The notes beneath the pieces are model-generated. The model was not told where the DNA came from. It did not search any database and saw only the letters and a program-made list of their open reading frames with translations. A stretch of DNA of 64,000 nucleotides from a virus (taxonomy: Duplodnaviria > Heunggongvirae > Uroviricota > Caudoviricetes). Position numbers and translations under genes: made by a program. Every line of letters begins with the position of its first letter. Position 1 is the stretch's first letter. Location: IMG/VR virus record IMGVR_UViG_3300046820_001896. The stretch is one strand, 5' to 3'. Of this stretch, positions 1 to 7,346 are shown piece after piece.

Positions 1-52
1 GCGAAAAGCAAGTGTGCCAGCACCAGCGAATGTATCGAGTATGATTCTAAAT

Positions 53-127
53 GGTAACGTAGCAAAGAGGCCTTGCACTTTCTTCATACGGAAGCTAACA
101 TTGGTTCGAATCCAATCGTTACCACCA
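53..127 (+). tRNA. tRNA-Met (or Ile2), anticodon CAU
   Basis: Cloverleaf: acceptor GGTAACG/CGTTACC, D-stem GCAA/TTGC, anticodon loop TTCATAC, T-arm ATTGG-TTCGAAT-CCAAT, encoded CCA. Confidence 0.75.
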
Positions 128-149
128 GTTGTTGATATATAATTAGTAC

Positions 150-224
150 GCCGGTTTAGCTCAGTGGTAGAGCAACCGCCTTGTAAGCGGTAGGTCGTCA
201 GTTCAATCCCGACAACCGGCACCA
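150..224 (+). tRNA. tRNA-Thr (UGU)
   Basis: Acceptor GCCGGTT/AACCGGC, D-arm GCTCAGTGGTAGAGC, anticodon loop CTTGTAA, T-loop TTCAATC, encoded CCA. Confidence 0.8.
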
Positions 225-232
225 AAGTTTTT

Positions 233-306
233 GCTCTATTCGTATATTGGTATTATATCGGTTTTGTAGTCCGACGAAGGTGGTTCGATTCCATCATGGA
301 GCACCA
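233..306 (+). tRNA. tRNA, anticodon probably UGU (Thr-like); weak D-arm
   Basis: Acceptor GCTCTAT/ATGGAGC, T-arm GGTGG-TTCGATT-CCATC, encoded CCA. Anticodon stem has one mismatch, loop TTTGTAG, D-stem only 3 bp. Confidence 0.45.
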
Positions 307-316
307 ATAAATTTAT

Positions 317-393
317 CGGAGTGTAGCGCAGTCTGGTAGCGCACCTGGTTTGGGACCAGGGGGTCCAAGGTTCGAATCCTTGTACTCCGACCA
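317..393 (+). tRNA. tRNA-Pro (UGG)
   Basis: Acceptor CGGAGTG/TACTCCG, anticodon stem CCTGG/CCAGG, loop TTTGGGA, T-loop TTCGAAT, encoded CCA. Confidence 0.8.
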
Positions 394-406
394 TTTAGGA
401 GTTAGT

Positions 407-598
407 ATGAGTGATGGTGGAAAAGGATGTAAACCAAGACCGTTTAGTGTATCACAAGATGAATATGATAAACGATGGGATACAATTTTTCAACGTGATC
501 TTCCAAAAGAAGAAAACGTTGAAGAAGTAAAAGATGAAAAAGAAGTAAAAATTAAAGCAACTATCCCAGATTTAAAAATCAAAGGTAGTGTAGATTAA
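407..598 (+). CDS. small hypothetical protein (63 aa), start revised to MSDGGKG
   Basis: ORF between tRNAs. AGGAG RBS at 396-400. The upstream part of track ORF 350-598 overlaps tRNA-Pro. Confidence 0.3.
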   Translation: MSDGGKGCKPRPFSVSQDEYDKRWDTIFQRDLPKEENVEEVKDEKEVKIKATIPDLKIKGSVD

Positions 599-603
599 TA
601 TAT

Positions 604-679
604 GCGGGATTAGCTCAGTTGGTAGAGCGATACCTTGCCAAGGTATAGGTCGAGAGTTCGAGCCTCTTATCCCGCTCCA
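604..679 (+). tRNA. tRNA-Gly (GCC)
   Basis: Acceptor GCGGGAT/ATCCCGC, D-arm GCTCAGTTGGTAGAGC, anticodon loop TTGCCAA, T-loop TTCGAGC, encoded CCA. Confidence 0.85.
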
Positions 680-685
680 AATAAT

Positions 686-768
686 GCCCCGATGGTGGAA
701 TGGTAGACACGCTGGTCTTAGAAGCCAGTGCCTAGTGCGTGAGAGTTCGAGTCTCTCTTGGGGCACCA
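686..768 (+). tRNA. tRNA-Leu (UAG), type II with long variable arm
   Basis: Acceptor GCCCCGA/TTGGGGC, anticodon stem CTGGT/GCCAG, loop CTTAGAA, variable arm GCCTAGTGCGT, T-loop TTCGAGT, encoded CCA. Confidence 0.8.
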
Positions 769-784
769 CATAATATAGGATGAT

Positions 785-1042
785 ATGATAAAGCCATTAC
801 GTAAGAACGTTATAATCGAAGAGATCGCTACTGAAAATGTATCGAGTTCAGGAATTATTCTACAAGGTAAACGCACTGATGTTAAACATTCAAAAGTGTT
901 AGCTATTGGAGATAACGTTACAGAAGTAAAAGTTGATGATGTAGTAGTAGTTGATTGGCAGTATGCATCAAAATCATCATATAAAGATAAAACGTTTTTT
1001 GTAATCGCAGAGGAAAATGTGATTGCAGTTGTAGAAGAATAA
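785..1042 (+). CDS. GroES/Cpn10-like co-chaperonin (functional analogue of T4 gp31)
   Basis: 85 aa. IKPL..VIIEE..E..SSGIILQG...VLAIGD..DVVVV...IAVVE aligns along the whole GroES sequence, including the mobile loop. Confidence 0.7.
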   Translation: MIKPLRKNVIIEEIATENVSSSGIILQGKRTDVKHSKVLAIGDNVTEVKVDDVVVVDWQYASKSSYKDKTFFVIAEENVIAVVEE

Positions 1043-1043
1043 T

Positions 1044-1119
1044 CCCAATTAAGCTAATCTAGTGAAAGCGCTGGTCTGAAAAGCCAGATAGTCTGGAGCG
1101 TAACCAGAAGTTGGGACCA
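1044..1119 (+). tRNA. atypical tRNA-like element; best fold gives anticodon GAA (Phe) with non-canonical T-loop AGCGTAA
   Basis: Acceptor CCCAATT/AGTTGGG plus A and CCA, anticodon stem CTGGT/GCCAG with loop CTGAAAA, T-arm TCTGG-AGCGTAA-CCAGA, 3-bp D-stem. Confidence 0.3.
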
Positions 1120-1123
1120 ATGC

Positions 1124-1198
1124 GCGCGATTAGTATAATGGACAATATTCGAGGCTACGAACTTCGAGATGGTGGTTCGATTCCATCATTGCGCACCA
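1124..1198 (+). tRNA. tRNA-Arg (ACG)
   Basis: Acceptor GCGCGAT/ATTGCGC, anticodon stem CGAGG/CTTCG, loop CTACGAA, T-arm GGTGG-TTCGATT-CCATC, encoded CCA. Confidence 0.8.
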
Positions 1199-1206
1199 GA
1201 GACAGT

Positions 1207-1301
1207 GCTCCTGTAGTTTAACGGTAAAACTCCAAGCTTATACCTTGGCGATGTCTCTAGATGAGGGAATGATATCGGTTCGAATCCGGTCGGGAGTACC
1301 A
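1207..1301 (+). tRNA. tRNA-Ile-like (UAU) with an unusually long (~25 nt) variable/inserted region
   Basis: Acceptor GCTCCTG/CGGGAGT (two G-U pairs), D-arm GTTT-AACGGTA-AAAC, perfect anticodon stem CCAAG/CTTGG with loop CTTATAC, T-arm ATCGG-TTCGAAT-CCGGT, encoded CCA. 25 nt lie between the anticodon and T arms. Confidence 0.45.
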
Positions 1302-1310
1302 AAGTACTAC

Positions 1311-1340
1311 ATGTACAAATTGTGTTGAATGTGATATAAT
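1311..1340 (+). promoter_or_regulatory. middle-type promoter: ATGTACAA box, 16-nt spacer, TG-extended -10 (TGATATAAT)
   Basis: Matches the window-wide motif ATGTACAA-N16-TATAAT, 25 nt upstream of ATG 1366. Confidence 0.55.
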
Positions 1341-1365
1341 AGATTATACATTGTAAAGGAATAAT

Positions 1366-1941
1366 ATGCAAATCAATCTTCGTAAAGCAAACGCTATTCA
1401 GTCTGAAATCCGCAAGGCAATCAGCAGCGTAAAGGTAGAAAATAACATCACAGTAAGTGAATTCACTAGTGATGTAGATGCAGCTTTGAGTAAAGGTGCA
1501 TTAGAGTTCAACCAAGCGGTTGAACGTAAAGAAGCGCTTAACGATGCGCTATTCCAAATTCGTGCTGCAGTTGGTCGTGCAAACGCATCTGCAGGTATTA
1601 GCGATCTTTTGGCTGAAGTTGAAAACTTCGATGCGAAGATCAACCTAAAAACAGTTGTTGCAACAAGCACACCACGTAAAGAGATCACAGAGATCAATGC
1701 ACGTATCGTGAAAGCTAAGTCTGCTACTGGCGATAGAATGTCACTGTATGGTGATCGTCTAAGCAACGTAGAAACTGGTGTTGCAACAGAAGAAGCTATT
1801 CGCGTAGCTAAAGAGGAAGTAAAACGCCTTAAGCGCGAAAAGCAAGCATTAAGCGATAAGCTTTTGCAGTTGAATGTCAATACTCTAATTGAGTTGACAG
1901 ATAAAACAAAGGTAACTTTGACTGCAGAAGGCATTATCTAA
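1366..1941 (+). CDS. hypothetical coiled-coil protein (191 aa)
   Basis: Long ORF with promoter upstream. Antisense ORF 1398-1934 judged spurious. Confidence 0.5.
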   Translation: MQINLRKANAIQSEIRKAISSVKVENNITVSEFTSDVDAALSKGALEFNQAVERKEALNDALFQIRAAVGRANASAGISDLLAEVENFDAKINLKTVVATSTPRKEITEINARIVKAKSATGDRMSLYGDRLSNVETGVATEEAIRVAKEEVKRLKREKQALSDKLLQLNVNTLIELTDKTKVTLTAEGII

Positions 1942-2210
1942 AGTTTTGAAGATAGTGATGATAGGAGAGCCTTGCATTTTGACAAGCGCACAAAACTATC
2001 CATTACTGGATAGGTTTAAGCCCTGAAAGCTTAATCCGAACAATCGACCAACTTATACATAATTGCTCTCGAATAACATGACTCGAAAAGTCGCTGCTTA
2101 TTGCTCTCGAGAACCAATTGTTTGTGGTCTGCTTATTGCAAATTGCTTAATGCAGATTGCTGAGCGACTTGTCGCAGGTTTGAATTGATTCATTATCTTC
2201 ATCTTAATAT

Positions 2211-2284
2211 GTCTCGGTGGTGTAATGGCAGCACTGCGGTCTCCAAAACCGTTAGTGGGGGTTCGAGTCCCTCCCGGGATGCCA
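2211..2284 (+). tRNA. tRNA-Trp (CCA)
   Basis: Acceptor GTCTCGG/CCGGGAT (two G-U pairs), D-arm GTGT-AATGGCA-GCAC, anticodon stem GCGGT/ACCGT with loop CTCCAAA, T-arm GGGGG-TTCGAGT-CCCTC, encoded CCA. Confidence 0.7.
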
Positions 2285-2341
2285 AACAATGGCGTGGGTA
2301 GCAAGGAAAGATAGATTAGATTCTACACCTGCGTCGCCAAT

Positions 2342-2415
2342 GCGGGATTAGTTTAGTGGTAAAACGACATCCTTCCAAGTTGTAGTTGCGAGTTCGATTC
2401 TCGCATCCCGCTCCA
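2342..2415 (+). tRNA. tRNA-Gly (UCC)
   Basis: Acceptor GCGGGAT/ATCCCGC (same acceptor as Gly-GCC), anticodon loop CTTCCAA, T-arm GCGAG-TTCGATT-CTCGC, encoded CCA. One U-U mismatch in the anticodon stem. Confidence 0.7.
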
Positions 2416-2443
2416 ATAAAGAATTGCTGCTAATTTTTAAAGA

Positions 2444-2677
2444 ATGTTTTATATAATAACTAAAGATGGTTTCACATTGAATGCTAGTCCAACGTTGGAT
2501 GATGCAATGATTTTTGCTAAACATTATGGACGGTTTGTAACCATCAAAGGGAAAGATTTTGAAGCATGTGGTGTATTTGGCGTAGATTCTATTAAAGACG
2601 GAATATGTCCAGATGGCATTGCATATGATTGGAATAAAAAATCACGCATTGGTCGTGTAAAGAAAGAACGTAAATGA
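2444..2677 (+). CDS. hypothetical protein (77 aa)
   Basis: ORF between tRNAs. Confidence 0.4.
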   Translation: MFYIITKDGFTLNASPTLDDAMIFAKHYGRFVTIKGKDFEACGVFGVDSIKDGICPDGIAYDWNKKSRIGRVKKERK

Positions 2678-2705
2678 AACGAAAACATAAACCTCGAAAA
2701 CCTAT

Positions 2706-2780
2706 GGGGGTATAACTTAACGGCTAAAGTACCTGGCTTTTAACCAGATAATCAGAGTTCGATTCTCTGTGCCCCTACCA
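2706..2780 (+). tRNA. tRNA-Lys (UUU)
   Basis: Acceptor GGGGGTA/TGCCCCT, D-arm ACTT-AACGGCTA-AAGT, anticodon loop CTTTTAA, T-arm CAGAG-TTCGATT-CTCTG, encoded CCA. Confidence 0.75.
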
Positions 2781-2818
2781 TAAATCAAAGTATATTCACT
2801 GAGTGTATTTCGATCTAT

Positions 2819-2892
2819 GGTGTTAGTAGTGTAGTGGCTGCACGATTGTCTGTGAAACAATAAGAGAGGGTTCGATTCCCCCTTTCACCCCA
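2819..2892 (+). tRNA. tRNA-His (GUG) with encoded G-1 opposite discriminator C
   Basis: G-1 at 2819. Acceptor GTGTTAG/CTTTCAC (two central U-U), D-arm GTGT-AGTGGCT-GCAC, anticodon stem ATTGT/ACAAT with loop CTGTGAA, T-loop TTCGATT, CCA at 2890-2892. Confidence 0.6.
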
Positions 2893-3010
2893 AAATTTAT
2901 GCCTCGGTAGTTTAAAAGTAGAACACCCTCCTTACAAGTGGAAGACGGCGGAGCGTTACCGCAACGAGGTACCAAGATAAATAGTTAGAAGAGAAACAAA
3001 TGAGGTAGTT

Positions 3011-3568
3011 ATGAATGTGCTGGCATTAGACGTAGGTGGAATTCCACGTCAATGGTTAAACTTAGAACAAGCTATATTGTATCAAGCTAAAGGCCAAGTT
3101 GCTTGGTCTCTTGGTGATACAATCGCGAAGTTTCGTGGAGGTGTACAGAATGATGGAACAGAATCAATTCTTGAAACACCTTCTATCATCGCCATTAAAG
3201 GTGGTGAAGGTTTTAATCCAGCGAAGTTTGGTACAGTGGTTCTTAGCAATAAGACATTATTTGGTAGAGATCGTCATGTCTGCGCCTACTGCGGTAATCA
3301 TTTTACTTCTAATCATCTTTCCCGTGATCATATCGTTCCTATGTCACGTGGTGGTGAGAATAAGTGGATGAACGTAGTAACATCTTGCAAGAAATGTAAC
3401 TCACAAAAGAGTGACAAATCTTTGAAAGAAGCAGGTTTAGAGTTACTGTACATGCCTTACGAACCAAATCACTACGAACATATTATCCTTCAGAACCGCA
3501 ATATTCTTGCAGATCAAATGGATTATCTTCGGACAGGTGTACCAAAACATTCACGTGTTTTGTCTTAA
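3011..3568 (+). CDS. HNH endonuclease (free-standing, homing-endonuclease-like)
   Basis: HNH motif HVCAYCGNHF...RDHIVPMSRGG...NVVTSCKKCNSQK. Sits immediately after the tRNA island. Confidence 0.7.
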   Translation: MNVLALDVGGIPRQWLNLEQAILYQAKGQVAWSLGDTIAKFRGGVQNDGTESILETPSIIAIKGGEGFNPAKFGTVVLSNKTLFGRDRHVCAYCGNHFTSNHLSRDHIVPMSRGGENKWMNVVTSCKKCNSQKSDKSLKEAGLELLYMPYEPNHYEHIILQNRNILADQMDYLRTGVPKHSRVLS

Positions 3569-3578
3569 ATCAACGAAT

Positions 3579-3602
3579 GGAGGCTTATGCCTCCATTTTT
3601 TT
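3579..3602 (+). terminator. rho-independent terminator
   Basis: GGAGGC-TTAT-GCCTCC followed by ATTTTTTT. Confidence 0.6.
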
Positions 3603-3616
3603 GGATATATAATATT

Positions 3617-4162
3617 ATGAAAAGCTATATTTCTGTATTTGATAATGTTCTTGAAGAAGACTTTTGTAAAAATCTTCGAGAGAAATTTGAACGAAGTAAA
3701 GATGTTTGGGTTAGACGTGACGATAAGTTTAAAACATTTAATGAGATCAACTTCGGTCAATATCCAATTTTTGCTGAAGAGCAAAATACTATTCTTTCTA
3801 AAGTTCAGCCATACGTACAAAAGTACTGTGAGCAATGGGATATTAAATTTTTCCCAGAACAAATTGGCTTCGAACAAGTGCGTATGAAAAAATACGAAGT
3901 CGGTGGAAAAGAAGAGTTTCGCCATCACGTTGACGTAGGCGATTATGCATCTGCTCGACGTTTTCTTGTCATGTTTTTTTATCTCAATAATGTTGCTGAA
4001 GGCGGTGAAACTGCTTTCATTGGTATTAATGACGATCAACGGGTTTCACCCAAAACAGGTCGCTTGCTAATGTTTCCACCAATGTGGACACATCCTCATG
4101 CAGGTTTGCCACCTATCACCAATCCAAAATATATCGTAGGTACATACCTGCATTATACCTAA
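3617..4162 (+). CDS. 2OG-Fe(II) oxygenase superfamily protein (prolyl-hydroxylase-like); start revised to MKSY
   Basis: HxD (RHHVDVGD) and a distal His (THPHAG) with GGETAF and RLLMFP motifs. The first 10 codons of the track ORF lie inside the upstream terminator. Confidence 0.6.
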   Translation: MKSYISVFDNVLEEDFCKNLREKFERSKDVWVRRDDKFKTFNEINFGQYPIFAEEQNTILSKVQPYVQKYCEQWDIKFFPEQIGFEQVRMKKYEVGGKEEFRHHVDVGDYASARRFLVMFFYLNNVAEGGETAFIGINDDQRVSPKTGRLLMFPPMWTHPHAGLPPITNPKYIVGTYLHYT

Positions 4163-4170
4163 AGTACTAC

Positions 4171-4200
4171 ATGTACAGCAGGATATTTTTGTGGTATAAT
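4171..4200 (+). promoter_or_regulatory. middle-type promoter ATGTACAG-N16-TATAAT (TGTGG extended -10)
   Basis: Shares the 17-mer AAAGTACTACATGTACA with the promoter at 1301. Confidence 0.55.
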
Positions 4201-4224
4201 ATAACCTATACTTAAGGAATAATA

Positions 4225-5157
4225 ATGCGTATTGCAGTAGCCAGTGATGTGCACCTAGAATTTGGTCCACTACTATTAAAAAATGAACAGAATGCAGATG
4301 TGCTTATCTTGAGTGGTGACATCTGCACAGCTAAAGGTCTTGACTATGCTGCAGGAAGCGGCATGTATGGTGATACGTATTCTACTTCTAAAAATCAACG
4401 ATTCATCGACTTCTTCAAAGCAATAACATTTCAATTTCCTCATGTGATCTATGTGTTAGGAAATCACGAGAGCTACAACTTTGATATCAAGTACACAGCT
4501 AAACACATCAAAGAACAGTTGCAACAATTCACAAACTTGTATGTTCTTGATGATGAATGTAAAAAAATTGATGATGTAACTTTCATCGGTGGTACCATGT
4601 GGACTGATATGAATAAAGAAGATCCACTAACATTATTTCATATCAAGAGCAGAATGAATGACTTCCGCGTTATCAAAAATGGTAATCGTGAAGTATTTCG
4701 CACTGTACCAATCTATGAATACAATGAAGATGGTAGCTTAAAGAAAGATGAGAATGGCTACAATATCCCAATTGGTCATAAGAAAAAGGCTGAAGTAGCA
4801 TCATTTAGCCCAGAAGATTCTGTTGAAATGCATAAAAGATTTAAACAGTATGTCGAAGTAGTTACAGATTTTTTAGGTGAGAATCCTAACAAATATGTTG
4901 TATGTACACATCATAGTCCTAGTTTTCAAAGTATGGCTCCATGGTATGCGAACGATCAACTAATGAATGGTGCATATCATAGTAATTTAGAAGAATTGAT
5001 GGAACGTCGTCCATGTATCAAATTGTGGACACATGGACATACACATGAACCATTCGACTATATGGTACACAACACAAGAGTTGTTTGTAATCCACGTGGT
5101 TATATTGGTCATGAACAACGCGCAAGAGATTTTGAATTAAAATACGTGGACGTTTAA
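4225..5157 (+). CDS. calcineurin-like metallophosphoesterase
   Basis: DVHLE, GDICTAKG, GNHE, THHSP and GHTH motifs. Confidence 0.7.
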   Translation: MRIAVASDVHLEFGPLLLKNEQNADVLILSGDICTAKGLDYAAGSGMYGDTYSTSKNQRFIDFFKAITFQFPHVIYVLGNHESYNFDIKYTAKHIKEQLQQFTNLYVLDDECKKIDDVTFIGGTMWTDMNKEDPLTLFHIKSRMNDFRVIKNGNREVFRTVPIYEYNEDGSLKKDENGYNIPIGHKKKAEVASFSPEDSVEMHKRFKQYVEVVTDFLGENPNKYVVCTHHSPSFQSMAPWYANDQLMNGAYHSNLEELMERRPCIKLWTHGHTHEPFDYMVHNTRVVCNPRGYIGHEQRARDFELKYVDV

Positions 5158-5604
5158 ATGGTAAACAAATCTTGGGTATTAGATGTGCATGAAGGTGAAG
5201 ACGGTGATAAATACATAGTCTTCACCGAAGAAATGCTTGAGGCCTCTGGATTTAAATTAGGTGATGAACTTGATTGGATTAATAATCATGATGGGAGTTG
5301 GACTTTGACTAAGAAACAAGATAAAGTATGGGTAATGGTTGAGTGTGTATCTACATTTCGTATGCGATACATGGTTGAAGCACCAGCAGATCATCCAGAA
5401 TATGCGCTAGATGATGTAACTATGGAAACTGCAAAAGAGTTTTCACAAGAGTTTATCGGTGAACAAATTATGTCTCATCGAGTAGTTACCGAAAAGCAAG
5501 CTTTAGAAATCTGCGATATAGATAACAACTATTGTCAAGATTGGACTAAAGCTCAAAAAATCAAAGCATTCTTTACTAAAGAAGGCGAAAAGAAGGATTA
5601 TTAA
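5158..5604 (+). CDS. hypothetical protein (148 aa)
   Basis: ORF; ATG overlaps the upstream stop (TAAATG). Confidence 0.5.
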   Translation: MVNKSWVLDVHEGEDGDKYIVFTEEMLEASGFKLGDELDWINNHDGSWTLTKKQDKVWVMVECVSTFRMRYMVEAPADHPEYALDDVTMETAKEFSQEFIGEQIMSHRVVTEKQALEICDIDNNYCQDWTKAQKIKAFFTKEGEKKDY

Positions 5605-5825
5605 TGGGTGATATTCTACACGGTGCAATGGGTAACGAAAATGAACGTCGTTATAAACAAGCAGTCGAAAGATTGAGCACAAAAGGATATGAAGAAATTT
5701 ATTTGTTATTAAAAGATATTCAAATGGATGTACAAACTTTGTATTATGATGAACGCCTTTCACTCACAAGAAATCAATGGGCTGCAATTTCTCGAATTCA
5801 TAATATAATGAAAGATTTGACATGA
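5604..5825 (+). CDS. hypothetical protein (73 aa)
   Basis: ORF in an overlapping operon. Confidence 0.4.
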   Translation: MGDILHGAMGNENERRYKQAVERLSTKGYEEIYLLLKDIQMDVQTLYYDERLSLTRNQWAAISRIHNIMKDLT

Positions 5826-6520
5826 AAGTAAATATTGGTCCATATGTAAATTGGGTTGGACCGTATCAAATCGCTGATAAAATTTTTTTCTGGGTTGAAA
5901 AATATCCAGAGGAAGAACTTGAAAATCGTTGGGATTATAAACTTCATGATAAGTTTGGCACATGGTTAGCTTCTACTTGGGTTGCAGATTTTTGCCAGTG
6001 GGTTCATAATTTCCAAAAACGAAAAGTAAAAGTAAAGATTGATTATTACGATCATTGGTCGTGTGATGCAACACTAGCACCAATCGTTTTACCATTACTT
6101 AAAAGCCTTAAAGAACACAAACATGGATCAGGTTATATTGAATTAGAAGATGTACCTGAAGCTATGCGTTTAACTAGCACAGAAGATTATGATGCTCAAT
6201 CAACATTTGAGTTTTATAATGATCCTGATTTAACGCGTCAAAATATTCAGTGTGATATTCATACTCGTTATGAATGGGTATTAGATGAAATGATTTGGGC
6301 ATTTGAACAGCTCAATGATGATAATTGGGAAGAACAATATTGGATCACACATCCAGAGATTGACTTTACTGAGTATCCAGAAGACGAAGGTAAAACTTCA
6401 AAACCGCTTCGTTGGAAAGTTAAAGGTGAATGTGATTGGGTAGGACGTCAGAAACATCAAGATCGTATCAATAATGGACTGCGTTTATTTGGTAAGTATT
6501 TTCAAACTTTATGGGATTAA
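5822..6520 (+). CDS. hypothetical protein (232 aa), Trp-rich
   Basis: ORF. Confidence 0.5.
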   Translation: MKVNIGPYVNWVGPYQIADKIFFWVEKYPEEELENRWDYKLHDKFGTWLASTWVADFCQWVHNFQKRKVKVKIDYYDHWSCDATLAPIVLPLLKSLKEHKHGSGYIELEDVPEAMRLTSTEDYDAQSTFEFYNDPDLTRQNIQCDIHTRYEWVLDEMIWAFEQLNDDNWEEQYWITHPEIDFTEYPEDEGKTSKPLRWKVKGECDWVGRQKHQDRINNGLRLFGKYFQTLWD

Positions 6521-6708
6521 TTATGTTAAAACTTTTATTCGTTGTTGCAATTGTTGTTATCATTATTGCATGTGGTCCAATCGCAACTATTCTATCGCTA
6601 AACACACTGTTTAATCTTGCAATTCCTATTACATTTGATACATGGATCTCTGCATTTTGGTTAGCAGCAGTGGTTGGTGGAACAATCAGTTATTCAAAGA
6701 GCAAATAA
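6511..6708 (+). CDS. small hydrophobic membrane protein (65 aa)
   Basis: Two predicted TM segments. Confidence 0.35.
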   Translation: MGLIMLKLLFVVAIVVIIIACGPIATILSLNTLFNLAIPITFDTWISAFWLAAVVGGTISYSKSK

Positions 6709-7043
6709 TGGATCTACTAATTGGTATAGTAACAGGAGTTATATTAACTCTTATTGTGTTAAATATTCTTGCTAAAGCTGTTGATGAAATTAGAAATAAA
6801 CAACTCGACAAGAAACTAGAAGAAGGGTTACAAAAGCTTAGAGAAGTTGTAATTCCTAGTCGCATCGAAGTAGTCAATGGCATGTTGTTTTTGTACAACA
6901 AAGAAAATGGCGAATTCATAGCACAAGGTAAAAACTTCATTGAGTTAAACGATAATGCAAAAGCTCGTTATCCTGAGAAACTATTTAATGTACCTCAAAA
7001 CGAGATTGATGCAGTAACTAAAGGAATATCAATAAAGGTATGA
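6708..7043 (+). CDS. membrane-anchored protein (111 aa), start revised to MDLLIGIV
   Basis: TAATG overlap with the upstream gene; N-terminal TM helix. Confidence 0.4.
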   Translation: MDLLIGIVTGVILTLIVLNILAKAVDEIRNKQLDKKLEEGLQKLREVVIPSRIEVVNGMLFLYNKENGEFIAQGKNFIELNDNAKARYPEKLFNVPQNEIDAVTKGISIKV

Positions 7044-7315
7044 TTAACGATAATAAATTTTATACGATAGTTGTAGCTATTACTATTTTACTTGGTGGAT
7101 GCATTGCATGGGGAATTATTTCAAGTAATAATCGTGCAGAAGCTGTTAAGTTGGCTTTAGAAAAAGGTCAAAATCCATTATATGTTAAGTGTTCAATGAA
7201 TACTACAACAACAGAAGAGTGCCAATCTATGATTATGGCTATGTCACTCTCAGGTCAATTTAAGGACGCCTCAGCTCCTATTTCAGTCTCACCAGCAAGT
7301 TACCCTAAAAAGTAA
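7040..7315 (+). CDS. small membrane/secreted protein (91 aa)
   Basis: N-terminal hydrophobic segment. Confidence 0.4.
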   Translation: MINDNKFYTIVVAITILLGGCIAWGIISSNNRAEAVKLALEKGQNPLYVKCSMNTTTTEECQSMIMAMSLSGQFKDASAPISVSPASYPKK

Positions 7316-7323
7316 TATAAATA
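7316..7323 (+). promoter_or_regulatory. T4-type late promoter TATAAATA
   Basis: Exact TATAAATA 24 nt upstream of the PAAR gene ATG. Confidence 0.55.
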
Positions 7324-7346
7324 CAGATATCTAAAAGGATATCTGT

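Noticed and set aside
350-598. Upstream 19 codons of the track ORF
   Set aside because: They overlap the 3' half of tRNA-Pro; a downstream ATG at 407 with an AGGAG RBS is more plausible.
572-769. Minus-strand ORF (65 aa) across tRNA-Gly/tRNA-Leu
   Set aside because: It lies entirely antisense to two well-formed tRNA genes, so it is a chance ORF.
1398-1934. 178-aa antisense ORF inside gene 1366-1941
   Set aside because: It mirrors the sense gene almost end to end. Its Ser/Arg-rich composition is typical of antisense translation of an A/K/E-rich coiled-coil gene.
2098-2304. Minus-strand ORF (68 aa) overlapping tRNA-Trp
   Set aside because: It is antisense to a tRNA and has no RBS.
3587-3616. 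Track start MPPFFWIYNI for the oxygenase gene
   Set aside because: These codons lie in the stem and T-tract of the upstream terminator; MKSY at 3617 is the likely start.
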